A stretch of 63,595 nucleotides of DNA, filler included, from Rhabdomonas costata (Eukaryota), in assembly GCA_019059605.1 (NCBI GenBank). It is 38 parts of 38 records of this genome, joined end to end, with 100 filler letters (N's around TTAATTAATTAA, not from the genome) between each part and the next. Parts side by side here need not be neighbours in the genome. Positions count along the whole stretch, not along the records: positions 48,619 to 50,192 come from JAHMHO010012738.1; positions 50,293 to 51,868 come from JAHMHO010012739.1; positions 51,969 to 53,544 come from JAHMHO010012740.1; positions 53,645 to 55,220 come from JAHMHO010012741.1; positions 55,321 to 56,895 come from JAHMHO010012742.1; positions 56,996 to 58,570 come from JAHMHO010012743.1; positions 58,671 to 60,245 come from JAHMHO010012744.1; positions 60,346 to 61,920 come from JAHMHO010012745.1; 30 more parts are not named here. One strand, 5' to 3'. This document shows, piece after piece, positions 50,174 to 62,903 of this stretch. Every line of letters starts with the position of its first letter. The stretch's first letter is position 1. The translations under genes were made by a program, and so were the position numbers. The notes under the pieces were generated by a model. The model was given only the letters and a program-made list of their open reading frames with translations. It had not been told where the DNA came from and did not search any database.

Positions 50174-50373
50174 CTGAGTTCCCCAAAACCCCNNNNNNNN
50201 NNNNNNNNNNNNNNNNNNNNNNNNNNNNNNNNNNNNTTAATTAATTAANNNNNNNNNNNNNNNNNNNNNNNNNNNNNNNNNNNNNNNNNNNNGGTTTGGT
50301 GGGTTTGGGGGGGGTGGTCGAATGTTTCCACCACTGAGCCACTGAGCCGCGTGCGAAACATTCGACCACACAC

Positions 50374-51511
50374 CTGCTAAATTTCGCCACAGGAGGAGGA
50401 TTGGTTAAGGGGTTGTTCATACTGTAGTCCACGTTGCTGTGGGAGAAGAACTTCCCGTGAGAGGTCCCAATTAGGGTGCCCCACCTTGTGTGAAAGTTTA
50501 CGAAAAGCCTCTGCTTGGGGCCGGTCAGCAAGTGGCGCAGAAGGCTGCTGACGGTGTAGACGGTGGTGTAGATCGTCAAGCGGTGAGCGGCGAGCATGTC
50601 CCCGAAAGGGATCCCGTACAACAGCTGCAGCTCCGTGAGGCCAGTGTTCGGATTAAAATACTGTGCGTGCATGCGCAACATAAAAGAGCAGCGAGATCTC
50701 GAGCTATCTCGAGCGGAACCCTCAGTTCGGCCTTGTAGCGGCTGAAGATGATCGTGAAACTGGCGGGTGAGTTGGAACGCCCCGAAACGAAACCCAACGC
50801 AACCTCACATGTATGGGGCGTTTCAAACGTGAGAATTTGGGACACAAAGCAGCAAATAATCAAAAACCACGAAGGAAAATAGAAGCCGTAGGCGACCTCT
50901 TTCAATTCTCATTACACATGCAGTATACACTAGCAGCCCAGAAACTGTACGAAAAATCTCGGAAACATTCCGAAACAATGCCACTTCTTTTCGAAAAAAG
51001 GGCAAACTAAGGCACTCGACCCATGAAGCCCGCATAAAAAAATCACTACAAAGGCACCTTTAGACAATACAGATAGAAAATGCACTCCCCTCCTCCAAAT
51101 GGTGGTTTTGCGGAAACGTTTCTCCTGACTCTCAGTTTTGAGGTGAAACGGGCAAACATCTGCAGAACGATGCATACCTCACCACTTTTGCATAGAGAGA
51201 GGAAGAAATCGAAGCCCGGCCTTTCCTATAAAAAATAGCACACCAGCTCATTATCCCATGAGAAAAACTCTGGCTTGGTGATGTCTCCATGATACGTCTG
51301 CAGCGGGAGGGATTGCTGAAAGAGTGGGAGTAATGGTTCTGCAGTGGCCTCATCGTAGGAATAGTATGTCATTTCGCTGGCGTTGAAAAACTCGTTGGGC
51401 GTGCACTCGGCCAAGTAAACGGTAGGCTTGACAACATTCTCTACGACATCAACGTTCAGTCGGGCATACACCGACCATCGGTCCACGCTGACAAGCTTCT
51501 GTTTTCCGTAC
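50374..51511 (-). CDS. Probable extracellular Cache-like sensor domain of a membrane receptor (possibly a receptor adenylate cyclase)
   Basis: Exons ~51511-51244 and 50660-50374 join as FSWDNEL|YFNPNTG; TVSSLLRHLLTGPKQRLFV...GTLIGTSHG resembles Cache membrane-proximal motifs; domain call is inference. Confidence 0.55.
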
Positions 51512-54500
51512 CTAAAATACGTGTGAAAAATGTGCGACCAGTCAACTTCAAGAACACCAACCAAAACGATCTCCTTATGTTCAACGTCATCCCCCTTCCT
51601 TATCACTTCTCGCCGGGACACTTTAATCCCCGAGTAGGAAGGTCCCGATTTCACTCTTGAGGGATGTTTAGCTCTCCACCACTTTACTTCCATCCAACCC
51701 ACAACCGCTAAACGTTCAAGCTTCCGGATCCAGGGCTGAACTCTCCGCTCATGCGGTCAGGAGGGTCCGAGAAAAAGAAACGCATGCTTTTTCGGGTGCA
51801 TTATTGCACCATCAAATTCCCTCCAAAAAACAAAAAACAAACCGCACGGCACAGCAGACCACAACACANNNNNNNNNNNNNNNNNNNNNNNNNNNNNNNN
51901 NNNNNNNNNNNNTTAATTAATTAANNNNNNNNNNNNNNNNNNNNNNNNNNNNNNNNNNNNNNNNNNNNTTGTTGGTGTACGCGTAGAATGGCACAGGTTC
52001 GCCCGCCGCAGCTCAGAAAAGTTCTGCAAATATGGGCGCAATGTGGTTCGGTGGGCGTAGAGTGGAGTTGGGGTGCGGGGTTGCCCAGGGGAAGCGCAGC
52101 GAACCACAGGGCAGCGCGCCGTAGCAGGAAGCCTCCGAAGCAGCGGAGGGGTCGCTGCTGCTGGTGCTGCGGCGTCTGCGGAGCTGTTCCGCCGACCCGC
52201 ACCATCCTCGGGTAGCATCGGGGACTTGCGGTTGAGCCTGCCATAGCAAGGCTCATGGAAGCTGAAGGGCACAGCAACACCAACCAAAAACCACAGACCA
52301 ATTGACAGAGTGTGCGCGTTTAAGCGACAGGACCCACGACACCGGCTCTGCTGCGCGGGCTTCTGGCCGGGCTTGCGTCAACGTTGATGCAGTACACGGC
52401 CACGAATGTTGTATTGGCCTACCGGCCTCCATCCTCCGAGCAGTGCGGTTTCTGCGTGACCGGGGGTATCCAACGAAGTGGTGGCTTCGTGCCTTTGGCT
52501 GCGAACTGCTGGGGTATGGTGTCCCCCTCCTGTGCTCGCGACAACCCATCCAAACACAGCAAGGAGGAAGGCAGTTCACACCCTCCTCCCCAACCCCATG
52601 TATGGGGGCCAGTGCAGCGAATCTGGCGGGATTGGCACACGGGTGAGTCGACCTCCGGAACTCGCTGTGTAGTCAGATTCTGATGCCACACACACGCACA
52701 CAGATGCAAACGCACAGAGACAAACGCACATACCGGTGCCCGCAATAAAACGCGTTTACGGCGCACCCCCGCTCAAAAGCAGGCCGCACCGCGGTGCCTT
52801 CCCCGCAGCCCGGGCACACCGGGGCCTCCAAGTCAATGACCAGCCCAGACCTAAGGTGGGGAAAGGCCAACCCAAATTCACTCCACTGCGTGTGCCTCAA
52901 CCCCACGCCCCACACCTCACCAACGACCCAATTGTTCCCCTCACCAAGGATCCTTCAGAATGCATGGATTTTCGCTATCACAGTCGAGGATTTCCCACCT
53001 ATTCCCGCGTGCTTATGCACAGCTGTTGCAGTGAGACATCAGTGCATTCCCTCAAACCGACAGCACGCAGATCCGCGAGTACAAACAGGGCTGTTGCTTG
53101 CTGCCCACAGCAATTCTGGGGATGGTGGCGTGAAACCATTGCTGGCGTAAAACGTTTATCACCGTTAAACGGTAGAAAAATTTTATACGGAAAAATCGGC
53201 CTCTAGGGAACAATGGAAGAGTATACCTAACCACTTCGGAAAAAATAGCATCGTCAGTGAGAACAGGCATACTGATGATCCTGTCATACTGGTACCTGAC
53301 CCCCTGTGCTCGAAAAATAAGGACTTCCCCGAAACATGAAAATCTGTCGTGTTTAAGGGTATTGAACGTTTGACGGCGCCCCTCAATACTACTGTCTTCA
53401 ATCCTGGGACACCCCCCCCCTACTGCTGTGCACAACCCCAACCAATTCTCCGCTCTTCCGTTTCAGACATCGGCTGTGAACCTGGCCGCGGCGTACGCGC
53501 GGGACTCCTGGATGGTGACATCGTAGGCCAAGGCCCCCCCACAANNNNNNNNNNNNNNNNNNNNNNNNNNNNNNNNNNNNNNNNNNNNTTAATTAATTAA
53601 NNNNNNNNNNNNNNNNNNNNNNNNNNNNNNNNNNNNNNNNNNNNGGTTTTTTTGTGATCAAATAATATAGTTTTACGATACTACCATTCAAATGAGCATT
53701 TAATTAAGAGCACCTTTCTTATTCATAACAATTTCGGTGGCTCGGTGGCCCATGGTGGCTCGCTTCGCTTTTGGCTTCTGGTCTGATTTTCTGATGATTT
53801 TGCCCGTGCTTGGCGGGAAAGTGACGAAGTCACTTTGGTGCGCGCATCCTCATGACCGGTGACGGCATGCACACAAGGGAACCCAGGCACTTCGTTTCCC
53901 GACGGTGGTGGTGGCGGTGGTGGATTTTTTTCGTCCGTGACTGGGCAGCCAACTGGGCTTTCAATGAGGTGCAGGTTAGTGGCTGCCTCAAGAACTGCTC
54001 CTCCGTTCATTCTGCAAGCCAACCCCAGAGGCGGCCCTTCCGCATCCAAACAGCTTGGACACTTGGCCACACGAACTTTTTTGAGTTGGTTCTCAGTCAG
54101 CAATACCGTTCAGTTACCGTTACCTAGTTTCCACTTGCGGCAAACCTATCTGACATTTCAGGACTCGCTTCAATCCCCGCCCCATTCAGACCTGGCACGC
54201 AGCGAGCAGCTGAGCGCGATTCGATCCCAACTCGTTGATCGCAGCTTGTGGAGGGGCACGACCGTTGGGGTCTACATAAGTGCTCAGGTCCTCCATCTAT
54301 TTTGCAACAACAGAGAAGACGGCTGTGCATACACGGAAAGGAAAGCTCCACCTTTTTTCTCTTAAAACAGAGGTGAGACCATGAGAGCAATGCAAACGGG
54401 TTGACACTATGCACTTTCAATGCCCCCCAAAATGTCCCGCTGGAAACAAGCGATGAAGTTCAAAGTCGGTCGAAGGGTCCGAAAACGCCAGCACAGGTAA

Positions 54501-54920
54501 ACTTACAGCTGTTTCCAAAAACAGGGGCTGAGGTGAATGCCGTCGGTAAACGTAGTTTGTGGTGGCACACATGACCCAGTGGAAAAAAAACGTGCACGAA
54601 AACCATGGCATTCATGCTAAACTGTCCCGTTCCACAATGTGGTGGCGAAAAAAAAAACACCTGAGATTTTTACTAATATGTTGTACCTTTAACCTGTTGA
54701 AAAAGACACAACAACACTTTCGAACTATAGCCAAAATAAGCATTGTCCGCCAGCAACGTCACACAGTATAAGACAGATCGACGTCATTTTCAGGGAATAC
54801 GATGACAAAAAAGGCAAGGAACAGGGTTTCTGTCCCGTTAAAAAAGAGGGAAAGTCATGACTCAGGGCTCACAGGAGCGACAACGAGTTCGAGGGTAGCA
54901 GGCTTTGCTCAAGAGCACAC

Positions 54921-55001
54921 CTCACGCTGCATATGGTCCACTTCAGGCAGTAAGGCCTCTCGTGCTTGAACCAAAACGGTCTTAGTGGCGGCCATCTCTT
55001 C
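54921..55001 (-). CDS. Short helical internal exon, hypothetical protein
   Basis: TAG/GTGTGC borders, 81 nt, EEMAATKTVLVQAREALLPEVDHMQRE. Confidence 0.55.
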
Positions 55002-55217
55002 CTAAATTCACAAACAGCTCGTCAACAGAGGAGAAGACTTTCGCGCCGAAGTCTGACAAGGTGCGATTCTCCAAAATAACAAGTGAATGCAACCAGATTA
55101 AGGAGTGGCAAGTAATAAAAAGACCTGACATTCAGTGAAGTGCAATTGCATGAAGGTTGCGGCCCAAAAGACCGTTTTGGTTCAAGCACGAGAGGCCTTA
55201 CTGCCTGAAGTGGACCA
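54934..55217. repeat. Contig-terminal inverted repeat (50-bp arms), fold-back copy of an exon fragment
   Basis: 54934-54983 is the reverse complement of 55168-55217. Confidence 0.92.
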
Positions 55218-56088
55218 AAANNNNNNNNNNNNNNNNNNNNNNNNNNNNNNNNNNNNNNNNNNNNTTAATTAATTAANNNNNNNNNNNNNNNNNNNNNNNN
55301 NNNNNNNNNNNNNNNNNNNNGGGGGGTTGGGGAGGCGTAAACAGTCCTCAATGGTTAACGGAATTTGAGATTATTTTTGGCGCTGCGTTGTTGCCACGGT
55401 CTCTGCATGGAATTTTCCTGGTCATGGGTATACTGGTCCTTATGCATTCATCATTTCATCATTTCATCCGAATGCCTTCAATTGCTCCCGATTACCATGC
55501 CAGTGGCTTCGAAAGGGGCATCAATAGCAATGAGCCGAGGCAGCCGCAGAGAAGACTAGAAAATGGAAAAGGCGCAAAAAAAAAAAGCAATCTAGGTCTG
55601 TCAGGGCTGCCAAATGATTCACGCAATGCCGCGAGGCATTTTTCGCTCGCGTGAAAAACGCCACGTGGCATTCTCATTTTGTTCCATACCACTGATGGCC
55701 TGAGACTGGACGAAGAGCAAAGGGCGAATAGCAGCCTAGACGGCATATGCCGCCCACCTGAGTATGAGCTCCCTGGTTTCATGCGGGCTGGGTTTCTAGC
55801 AGATCGGCCCCTAGGATCGAAACGCTGAATGAGAAGGGTCGCGGGTTGCGAGTGGTAAGCAAACCACCAGGACGCGCCCGGTCGCCGGGTCTTTCACCGC
55901 TTGGATAGCAGCCATTTCTTTTTGATGCTTCTCAAGTATTCCGTACTGATCAAGCGGTCACAGGATAACAGCTCCATGAGGCCCATAGGTTTGATGGCAT
56001 TTGACAGCGAGAACGTTTACAGAAAAATAAATGGACTTGATGCCGCAGGGAGCCTGCGTATGGGACTGCGCGACTTTCCAGCGCCAAC

Positions 56089-56232
56089 CTGGTGGAGTTC
56101 AGTACCGTGGTGCCGCCAATGATGCAGCGAAGGTCGGACTTGGCCCGGCTCTCCTGCTCGTTGAAGGCGTTGACAAAAAGAGCCTCCTCGAAGGTCACCC
56201 CGCCGACGATGAAGAGAATCACCTCCCGCGGC
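56089..56232 (-). CDS. VPS45: Sec1/Munc18 family protein VPS45, C-terminal exon
   Basis: RPREVILFIVGGVTFEEALFVNAFN...RCIIGGTTVLNS. Confidence 0.88.
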
Positions 56233-57175
56233 CTGTGAGAGGCGCGGCCCCAACTTCCTCAGCAGCCCATACTGAGCCGACACTGGCCGATTAGCAGCTC
56301 TCGATAGAGTGGTGAGGTGTGTCCTCTCACATGCATACGACATGAGTGTATTCGAAACTGGGAGAGCGTCTGCGAGCGTGTTGCTGTTCGAATTTCGGTG
56401 ACTTCCCATCTGCCGTCACTGTTTCAATTACCGCAGCAGGGAGTGGACAGGGGAAAGGGTAATATCGAGGCCCACTGACTTGGATGTACATGTATCTATA
56501 CATACGTGCCGTGCCAGCACATACGCCTATGCCCTCGGTCGTCCCGACTTACAAGAAGTGCATCTAGAGAGACATTCTCGATGATTATCCAAAACACAAA
56601 CTGGAGAGCAGATCTGGAGAGGTTTCCCTGCTATGCTCCTTAACGTGACCTTCACTCACAAGGTAACCTCCCGAAGTTTCCCAACGCCGAAAGGAAAACT
56701 ATCGGTTTCGAAAACGGCTTGCACAGCGGTCGGGCAAAAGACATTAAGAAGAGAGAAAAAACATGTGGCAGCATAAAGCAACACAGTTATATCACAGATG
56801 CCCGCTCGTCCTGCGGGAGAACCTGTTCCAATTCCAATATCCATACAAAGCACTTCAAAAAAGCACACACAGACACACAGACACCACCACCCACCNNNNN
56901 NNNNNNNNNNNNNNNNNNNNNNNNNNNNNNNNNNNNNNNTTAATTAATTAANNNNNNNNNNNNNNNNNNNNNNNNNNNNNNNNNNNNNNNNNNNNGGTTG
57001 GGGTTTTGGTCAACGTGAACCAGGTAACTAACATTCCCGAGTCCGTTTGTGCTGTGCAGACCCACACCGTACTTTCAGAGTACATCAATTGTCGTTAGGG
57101 AGTGGATATACCAAATTCTAAGCTCAACGTGAGCGCGAAACAGAGCAAAGCAAAGCAGAGTGGTGGGCGGCGTAC

Positions 57176-58554
57176 GGCGTTGGGATTAGCCCCCTTGAGC
57201 AGGAGGTACCCAGCTAGCTCGGTGTCCCCTAGGCCCGCGGTGATCGCAAGGGGGGTCACCCCTGAGTCAGGATCTGGGGACTCCACCGCACAGTGCCCCA
57301 CCTCCACAAGCCACCGCACAGCCTCTCGGTCAGCGGACTTGCAAAACCTACATACGAGGAGTTTGTGGGTTATGGTTTGCAGGTTAGGGGTCTGCCAAAA
57401 TGCCATCAGTAGCCATTTGAAGCCATCGACAAAGTTTATATATAGCCCACTTCTGATCCACCGCGTCTGTATTATCTCTGCGGGTGCTGGCGACATTTGC
57501 CATCCAAATCAGAGAGCACACACTCGCACACTCGTTTTTTATGGGGCAAATTCAAATCTAAAATATTGTCCAACACTGTGCCAAGCAGTGGGTTGGTCAC
57601 ATGGAAAGTGTGTGCGCAGGTTTAATGTGTGACCCCAATGACCTGGGAAAATGACAGGGGTTATGAGATATGGTAGGAAAAAACCTTCGCGGGGCTCAGC
57701 CCCACACGTGTCTCGCCTTTTGCACCACCTAACCCCTACAAGACAAATGGCCTCTCAACGTCCCCACCCTCCAGCACCTTGGGTTTTGACATCCCCTGGA
57801 CCGGCTGGCTGGGCATTGACGAATGAGTGGAACAGGGCTATTTTAGGAGGCGGAGGCCAGCGCCAGGGCGGCCGGAGTGGGCGACAAAGACGGGAACATG
57901 GCCTTGGAAACCTGCGATAACGTACTAAAAACGCATGGGTAGCACATAAGCAGTGAGTGTGTGCAAGTGCCTGGGCAGCAGAGTGGCTTCCTGGGAGAGG
58001 TCCTTCGCCGGGAACAGTGCGAGCAAGGCAGCCGCGAGCTCGAAATTGCGCACTCGCAGAGCCTTTCCCAACAGCTCCTCTGGAACCTCCCCAGGGGCCC
58101 TGATTTTATTTTGTAGCACAAAAAAAAGAGAAGAGAAAAGGGAAAGAGCATTGCATTCGAATTGATTGAGTTCTGTCCGAGCAGGAAAGCTGACCATTAC
58201 GAAACGATTCTCTGACATTGGGTGCATTCCTGGTTGTGCGAACGACTTGCGTTGCCAGATTCGGAGACAGGATCCAGAACCATCACAAGGGAAGGTGCCT
58301 GGAAGCGTGCATTTTTCGCCGCTGCATGTATTTTAAAATGGTATATGGTATACAACAGAAATATAAGAAGAGGAACGAAAAGGAGAGAGGAAACCGGGAC
58401 AAGACGTGCTCGCACGTGTAAGGACATACTTTCCCGCGCCCACCAAGAGCAGGCTCTTGGCCAGCGAGGTGAAGGGCAGCCCCCCACCCACGGCGATCTC
58501 CAGCACCGTGGGCCCCAGGATGGCCACCTCTGTGGCCACAGGCGCAGCCCGGGG
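57176..58554 (-). CDS. Ankyrin-repeat protein, at least three exons
   Basis: Exon ~57337-57176 AVRWLVEVG...SGVTPLAITAGLGDTELAGYLLLKGANPNA; upstream exons near 58554-58430 and 58100-57970 join in phase 2. Confidence 0.8.
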
Positions 58555-58670
58555 CTGGGGCCAAACCCCCNNNNNNNNNNNNNNNNNNNNNNNNNNNNNN
58601 NNNNNNNNNNNNNNTTAATTAATTAANNNNNNNNNNNNNNNNNNNNNNNNNNNNNNNNNNNNNNNNNNNN

Positions 58671-59716
58671 AGCCATTGCCTGTGCAGCTCCGAACGGGCC
58701 TCGCTCTCACCATGCACCATGCAAAGCTGCAGAACAATGGTGAGCTGTTCCTTGCACTGCGGGCACGGCTTGGAATCCTGAATCTGCGAAAAAAAAAGCA
58801 GAGCATGGGAATAAAACTGCTGCTGGCATTCGGCCTGCGACTGTTGGGCACTCATTACCCCATCTTCCCTAAAACCTCCGTGCAGTTCCTCTCTGCCGGC
58901 GTGGCGTAGTCCTGCTCAACAACGTGGGCCTCGTTGGGCATTTCTTGTAGGGGCACGGGCTTCGCTTGGGGCAGCGAGTCCGGGAAGCCACTGAGAGGGA
59001 TGCTTAACTGGGAGGAATCTGCGGAAGTCGTGCCGAGCTCCCGAGCCTCCGAGGCAAGCTGTGGGAACAGAGACCCAAAGATTCTGCAGAAAGGGCTGTA
59101 CAGCCAGAGTTTGAGTGCGCGGAAAAAATGACATTGCTTCTGCCCACAGTGCTGAGAACGCGTTCTAAAACTCACTCATGTCGTGAGCGCCCAACGAAGG
59201 AGAGATGAGGTCTATTGAAAGTTAACGGCCGGGGTACTTGCACAGCAATCATTGCTGAGCGGGGCCACCCAACCGTCGGGTGGTACCCTACAGCTGGTTA
59301 AGAGCTTGTGACTAAAAACTCATCTTGCCTTTTTCCAGATCGGTAAAACTGAAAAGGTGCCAAACCTCCTCTGCCACTTCGGGAGGCGACTTGGTGCGGG
59401 CCTTGCCGAGCTCGTCCATGAGCTGAGCCTTCTCCTGCGCGAGCTGCTTCTTCTCGCGAAAAAGCTGCTCCACCATCTTTGCAGGAGGGGGGGGGGAGAA
59501 GGGCAGATGCGGGAAAATGTGGTGCTGTTTCTGCAACCTTTGGGACAACTTGAAAGCGGAAAAGAAAATTGGGAGCACAGTCACTCATCAGAAACGTTCG
59601 CAGCATCTGCTCAACAACTTGCCCGTGCCCGAGGTTCAGAAGAAGGGGAGAAAAGAGGTATACCTTCCAAAGGACAGCCTTATTCTCCTTGTCCACTCCC
59701 TCGAAAGGGTGCTCCG
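58671..59716 (-). CDS. Hypothetical coiled-coil protein with a CxxC motif, four exons
   Basis: Exons 59716-59664, 59476-59366, 59058-58876, 58783-58671: ENKAVLWK|MVEQLFREKKQLAQEKAQLMDEL...|LASEARE...|IQDSKPCPQCKEQL. Confidence 0.65.
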
Positions 59717-60829
59717 CTGTAAAGTCGCATATGCAACGAATACACAACCGACGCTCAAAAGACCTTCTCACATAACACTCTCTCCGACACAGGTAGGGAA
59801 GAAACCTGCGGCCTTGCCCTTTTCACTTTTCAGTTCTGGTCTGATGTTTTTTTTGGCTGCTTCGTGCCACTCTGTCGGAGAGCGCGATAAGATGCCCTCG
59901 AGAGGTAGACAACGCCATCACAAGAGCGCACCCATTCTCAGCATCTCGCACGGTGACAGAGTCAAAAATTACGAAACTGAGGAGCAGAAAATTGCAATGC
60001 AGAGCAGAAGATCACGGTGTATCAATGTTGCTTGCAGAGGGCGCACCATTGCTGGAATGCTTGAGACCGACGGAAGTGTAGGTGCTGGGGAAGATGCCAA
60101 CTTGGCCCCTATAAATGTGGAAAGCCACCACCCGTGGATGACAAGAAATGGGAAACAGGGCGCAGAAGGGATCTGCAGATACTAGAAAATTACATAGAAT
60201 AATCAGGAAAGGAAGGGAAGGGCAATCGGGCGTCACCCCACAACCNNNNNNNNNNNNNNNNNNNNNNNNNNNNNNNNNNNNNNNNNNNNTTAATTAATTA
60301 ANNNNNNNNNNNNNNNNNNNNNNNNNNNNNNNNNNNNNNNNNNNNATTCCCAGGCAGGTTCGTTTCGCTCCCTAGGGGCGGAGCTTGAGAGAAGCTGGAG
60401 CCCGCAGCTGCAGCTGTTGGCTTCAAATTGAACAGGGCCAAGTGCAAGCTTCTGGGGCCTGGACCTTGTTCTCTCCGGGTTGCAATACCGCCAGCGCTGC
60501 ATGACATTCCCTGGGTCCCCTGGACCTCTGGTGTCATGGGGTGCCCCATGGGACGCACACATTTTGTCAAAAGCGGAGCTTAACAAGGTGTTCGTTTTAC
60601 TGCAGGCTGCTCTCGAAAAACTGTCCTGCCTGGGGGCCCTCAGGCAGCCTCTCACATCCTCCGCAGTTGTTTAGGTGCAGTCATACACCTGCTTTGCACA
60701 GCTTCGTACGACGAATGTGCTGCCTTCGCTAGGCGTGTCGGGACTTACTGGTTGAATCCTGGAGTATTATTCTTGGAGTAGGAATATCAGTGTGCTTGGC
60801 GCTTTCTACTGCTTCCTATTGGGATGCAG

Positions 60830-61419
60830 TGCTGTACTCGTGGAAGATGCTCACTGACGCTGCGGACTTCGGCGCACGCGAAGCGCACTGCTCCGTGATC
60901 CTGGGCAGCCAGCTCCTCGTGATCGCCGGCCGAGACTCCCACGGCACGTACCTCAGCGACATCTGGGCCAGTGCGGACGGGCTTTCCTGGACAAACCTGA
61001 CTCGCTCCGGCTTCTGGGCTCGAGCGTACTTCAGCTGCGCCGTGTTAGGGTCCCAGGTTCTGGTGATGGGTGGGTGCAACTCCACCCACTACATGAATGA
61101 CGTCTGGAGTAGCACCACAGGGGCGGATTGGACGCCGCTGGGCAAGAGTAGCTTCACGCCCCGCGCATGGCACGGCAGCGCGGTGCTGCTGAGTCGAGTG
61201 TGGGTGGTGGCGGGGTACACGATGTACGACGTGGATGTTAACGATGTGTGGGGCAGCACCAGTGGGGCTGCGGGGGAGTGGTCGCAGACCAAGGCCTCCG
61301 GGTCCGGGGTGTTTCCCGCTCGCAGCGCGATGGGGGTGACACAATTTGACGGGCGGATTTGGGTCATCGCTGGCTGCCTGACCGGGGCTTCAGGGGATTG
61401 CGGCACCTTCTACAACGAC
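60830..61419 (+). CDS. Kelch-type beta-propeller repeat exon
   Basis: Four repeats of the pattern F.AR..(H/F)...V....(L/W)V(I/M)(A/G)G......(N/S)D(V/I)W.S..G..WT; CAG/GTATCT borders. Confidence 0.9.
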
Positions 61420-62020
61420 GTATCTGTGTGGGTGTTTGCGTCGCTTTTTATTCTTACGTTTCTTATTCTTACGTTCAGTTTTTTTTTTTTCAAAAATAAG
61501 GTTTATCTCTCCTCGTTCAGGGGATGTCTTCTTTATTTTGAGATTCTCCTCAGCATTGAGTGTGAGAGCTTTTTGAAAAAGAAGAAGATCACGGTAGCAG
61601 CCCACAGTGGTGAATGCATGGTGATGTAGTGATCCTGTGATCAGCTTTGAGTGTCTAATTTTACCAAACTCACAGCAAACACACCGATAAACTCCCGGTT
61701 GGCACTTACCGGTTTTATTTTTCATGGCCGTTTCCCTAATGACCGATCTGACTCACAATCAATGGAATTGACTGAACAACGTTCTGCGGCTTGCATCACA
61801 CCCATTTCTGATGGACAATTCCACTGCTCTGACGGATGCAATGCAACACCATACTTTCGGTACATCGCCCGAGAGTAGCCACACCACAGGCTCCCTCGTT
61901 TCTCTTTCCCCCCACCCAACNNNNNNNNNNNNNNNNNNNNNNNNNNNNNNNNNNNNNNNNNNNNTTAATTAATTAANNNNNNNNNNNNNNNNNNNNNNNN
62001 NNNNNNNNNNNNNNNNNNNN

Positions 62021-62903
62021 ACCCTGCCATCGCTTGCGTGAATGTCAGCTGTCCCGAGGGCTACACCCTCCGCCCGTTGCATGCTTCGCCGTGTCCCACC
62101 ATGGGCTGTAGCCTGGATGACTGCTGCGAAATAGGTCACATATGCTTGTTCGATGTTCCCTCGTGTGATAAGCGGTGGAGACGTTGTGAGAGTGGGAGAT
62201 TTTGGTGATGAGGGGCTTTTGGAGGTGGAGTTAGGTTTCGGTATCACGGTTTTTTTTGCACGTCGAAGCCTCCTGAGGGTAAAAGAGGAGTAGGTTCAGA
62301 ACAAAACGCATCCGAAATAGAAAGGAAAACCATTTGCATAACTTTTCCTTCCCTTCTTCCAGTGGTACCGCGGTGGCTAACTGCGTGGGCCCGTCGGATC
62401 CTTTTTGAGATTGAATTTCGTGCGTTTTGGTATCGGCAACCGAGGAGTAATGATGATGTGGAAGTTTGCGTTGATTGGTGGTTGTGGTGGACATTTGAGG
62501 GGGGGGCATCCTCCTTCATCTGGTGGTGGTGGTCCGGACTTGGAGGACGAGATAGACTTTCACATTTTCTCATTCGATCTTGGCCGCGGCTCCGTACGCG
62601 ACGTTTTAAGAGTCAAAGTTCCTTAAATTCGAGAGAGGACTGCCTTGACCAGATTTTGAATACCTTAGAGTTTAGAGGCTTGGCTGATGCTTGGTGTGCA
62701 GCTAAAATGGTGGACAGCTACTGCGTGTCTGACTGAAGGTCGTTGAAGCTTTCTCGGTGGTAGAGTTGGGTTTTACCTTTCGGCAGAATTCCCGAACTGC
62801 AGTTCCGTGTTTCAGCTGGGCGCGTGTCCCCCCAACTCTGTCGCCGCGGCTGCCGTCCCTGCCTGCCCCTCGGGCGTTTGCACCGCCGCGGAGTGCTGCG
62901 CGG
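62021..62903 (+). CDS. Cys-rich repeat surface protein, two 6-Cys repeat exons
   Basis: 62021-62134 (CVNVSCPEGYTLRPLHASPCPTMGCSLDDCC) and 62787-62903 (CSSVFQLGACPPNSVAAAAVPACPSGVCTAAECC); phase-1 GT-AG intron. Confidence 0.8.

Noticed and set aside
61645-61662. CTTTGAGTGTCTAATTTT resembles the euglenid spliced leader (also CTTTCTGAGTG at 28385)
   Set aside because: Only 10-11 nt match, with no GT donor or downstream ORF in the expected place; compatible with chance
1578-62020. Regularly spaced TTAATTAATTAA motif as a CRISPR-like or nanochromosome-end repeat
   Set aside because: Always embedded in exactly 44+44 Ns; a synthetic six-frame-stop linker
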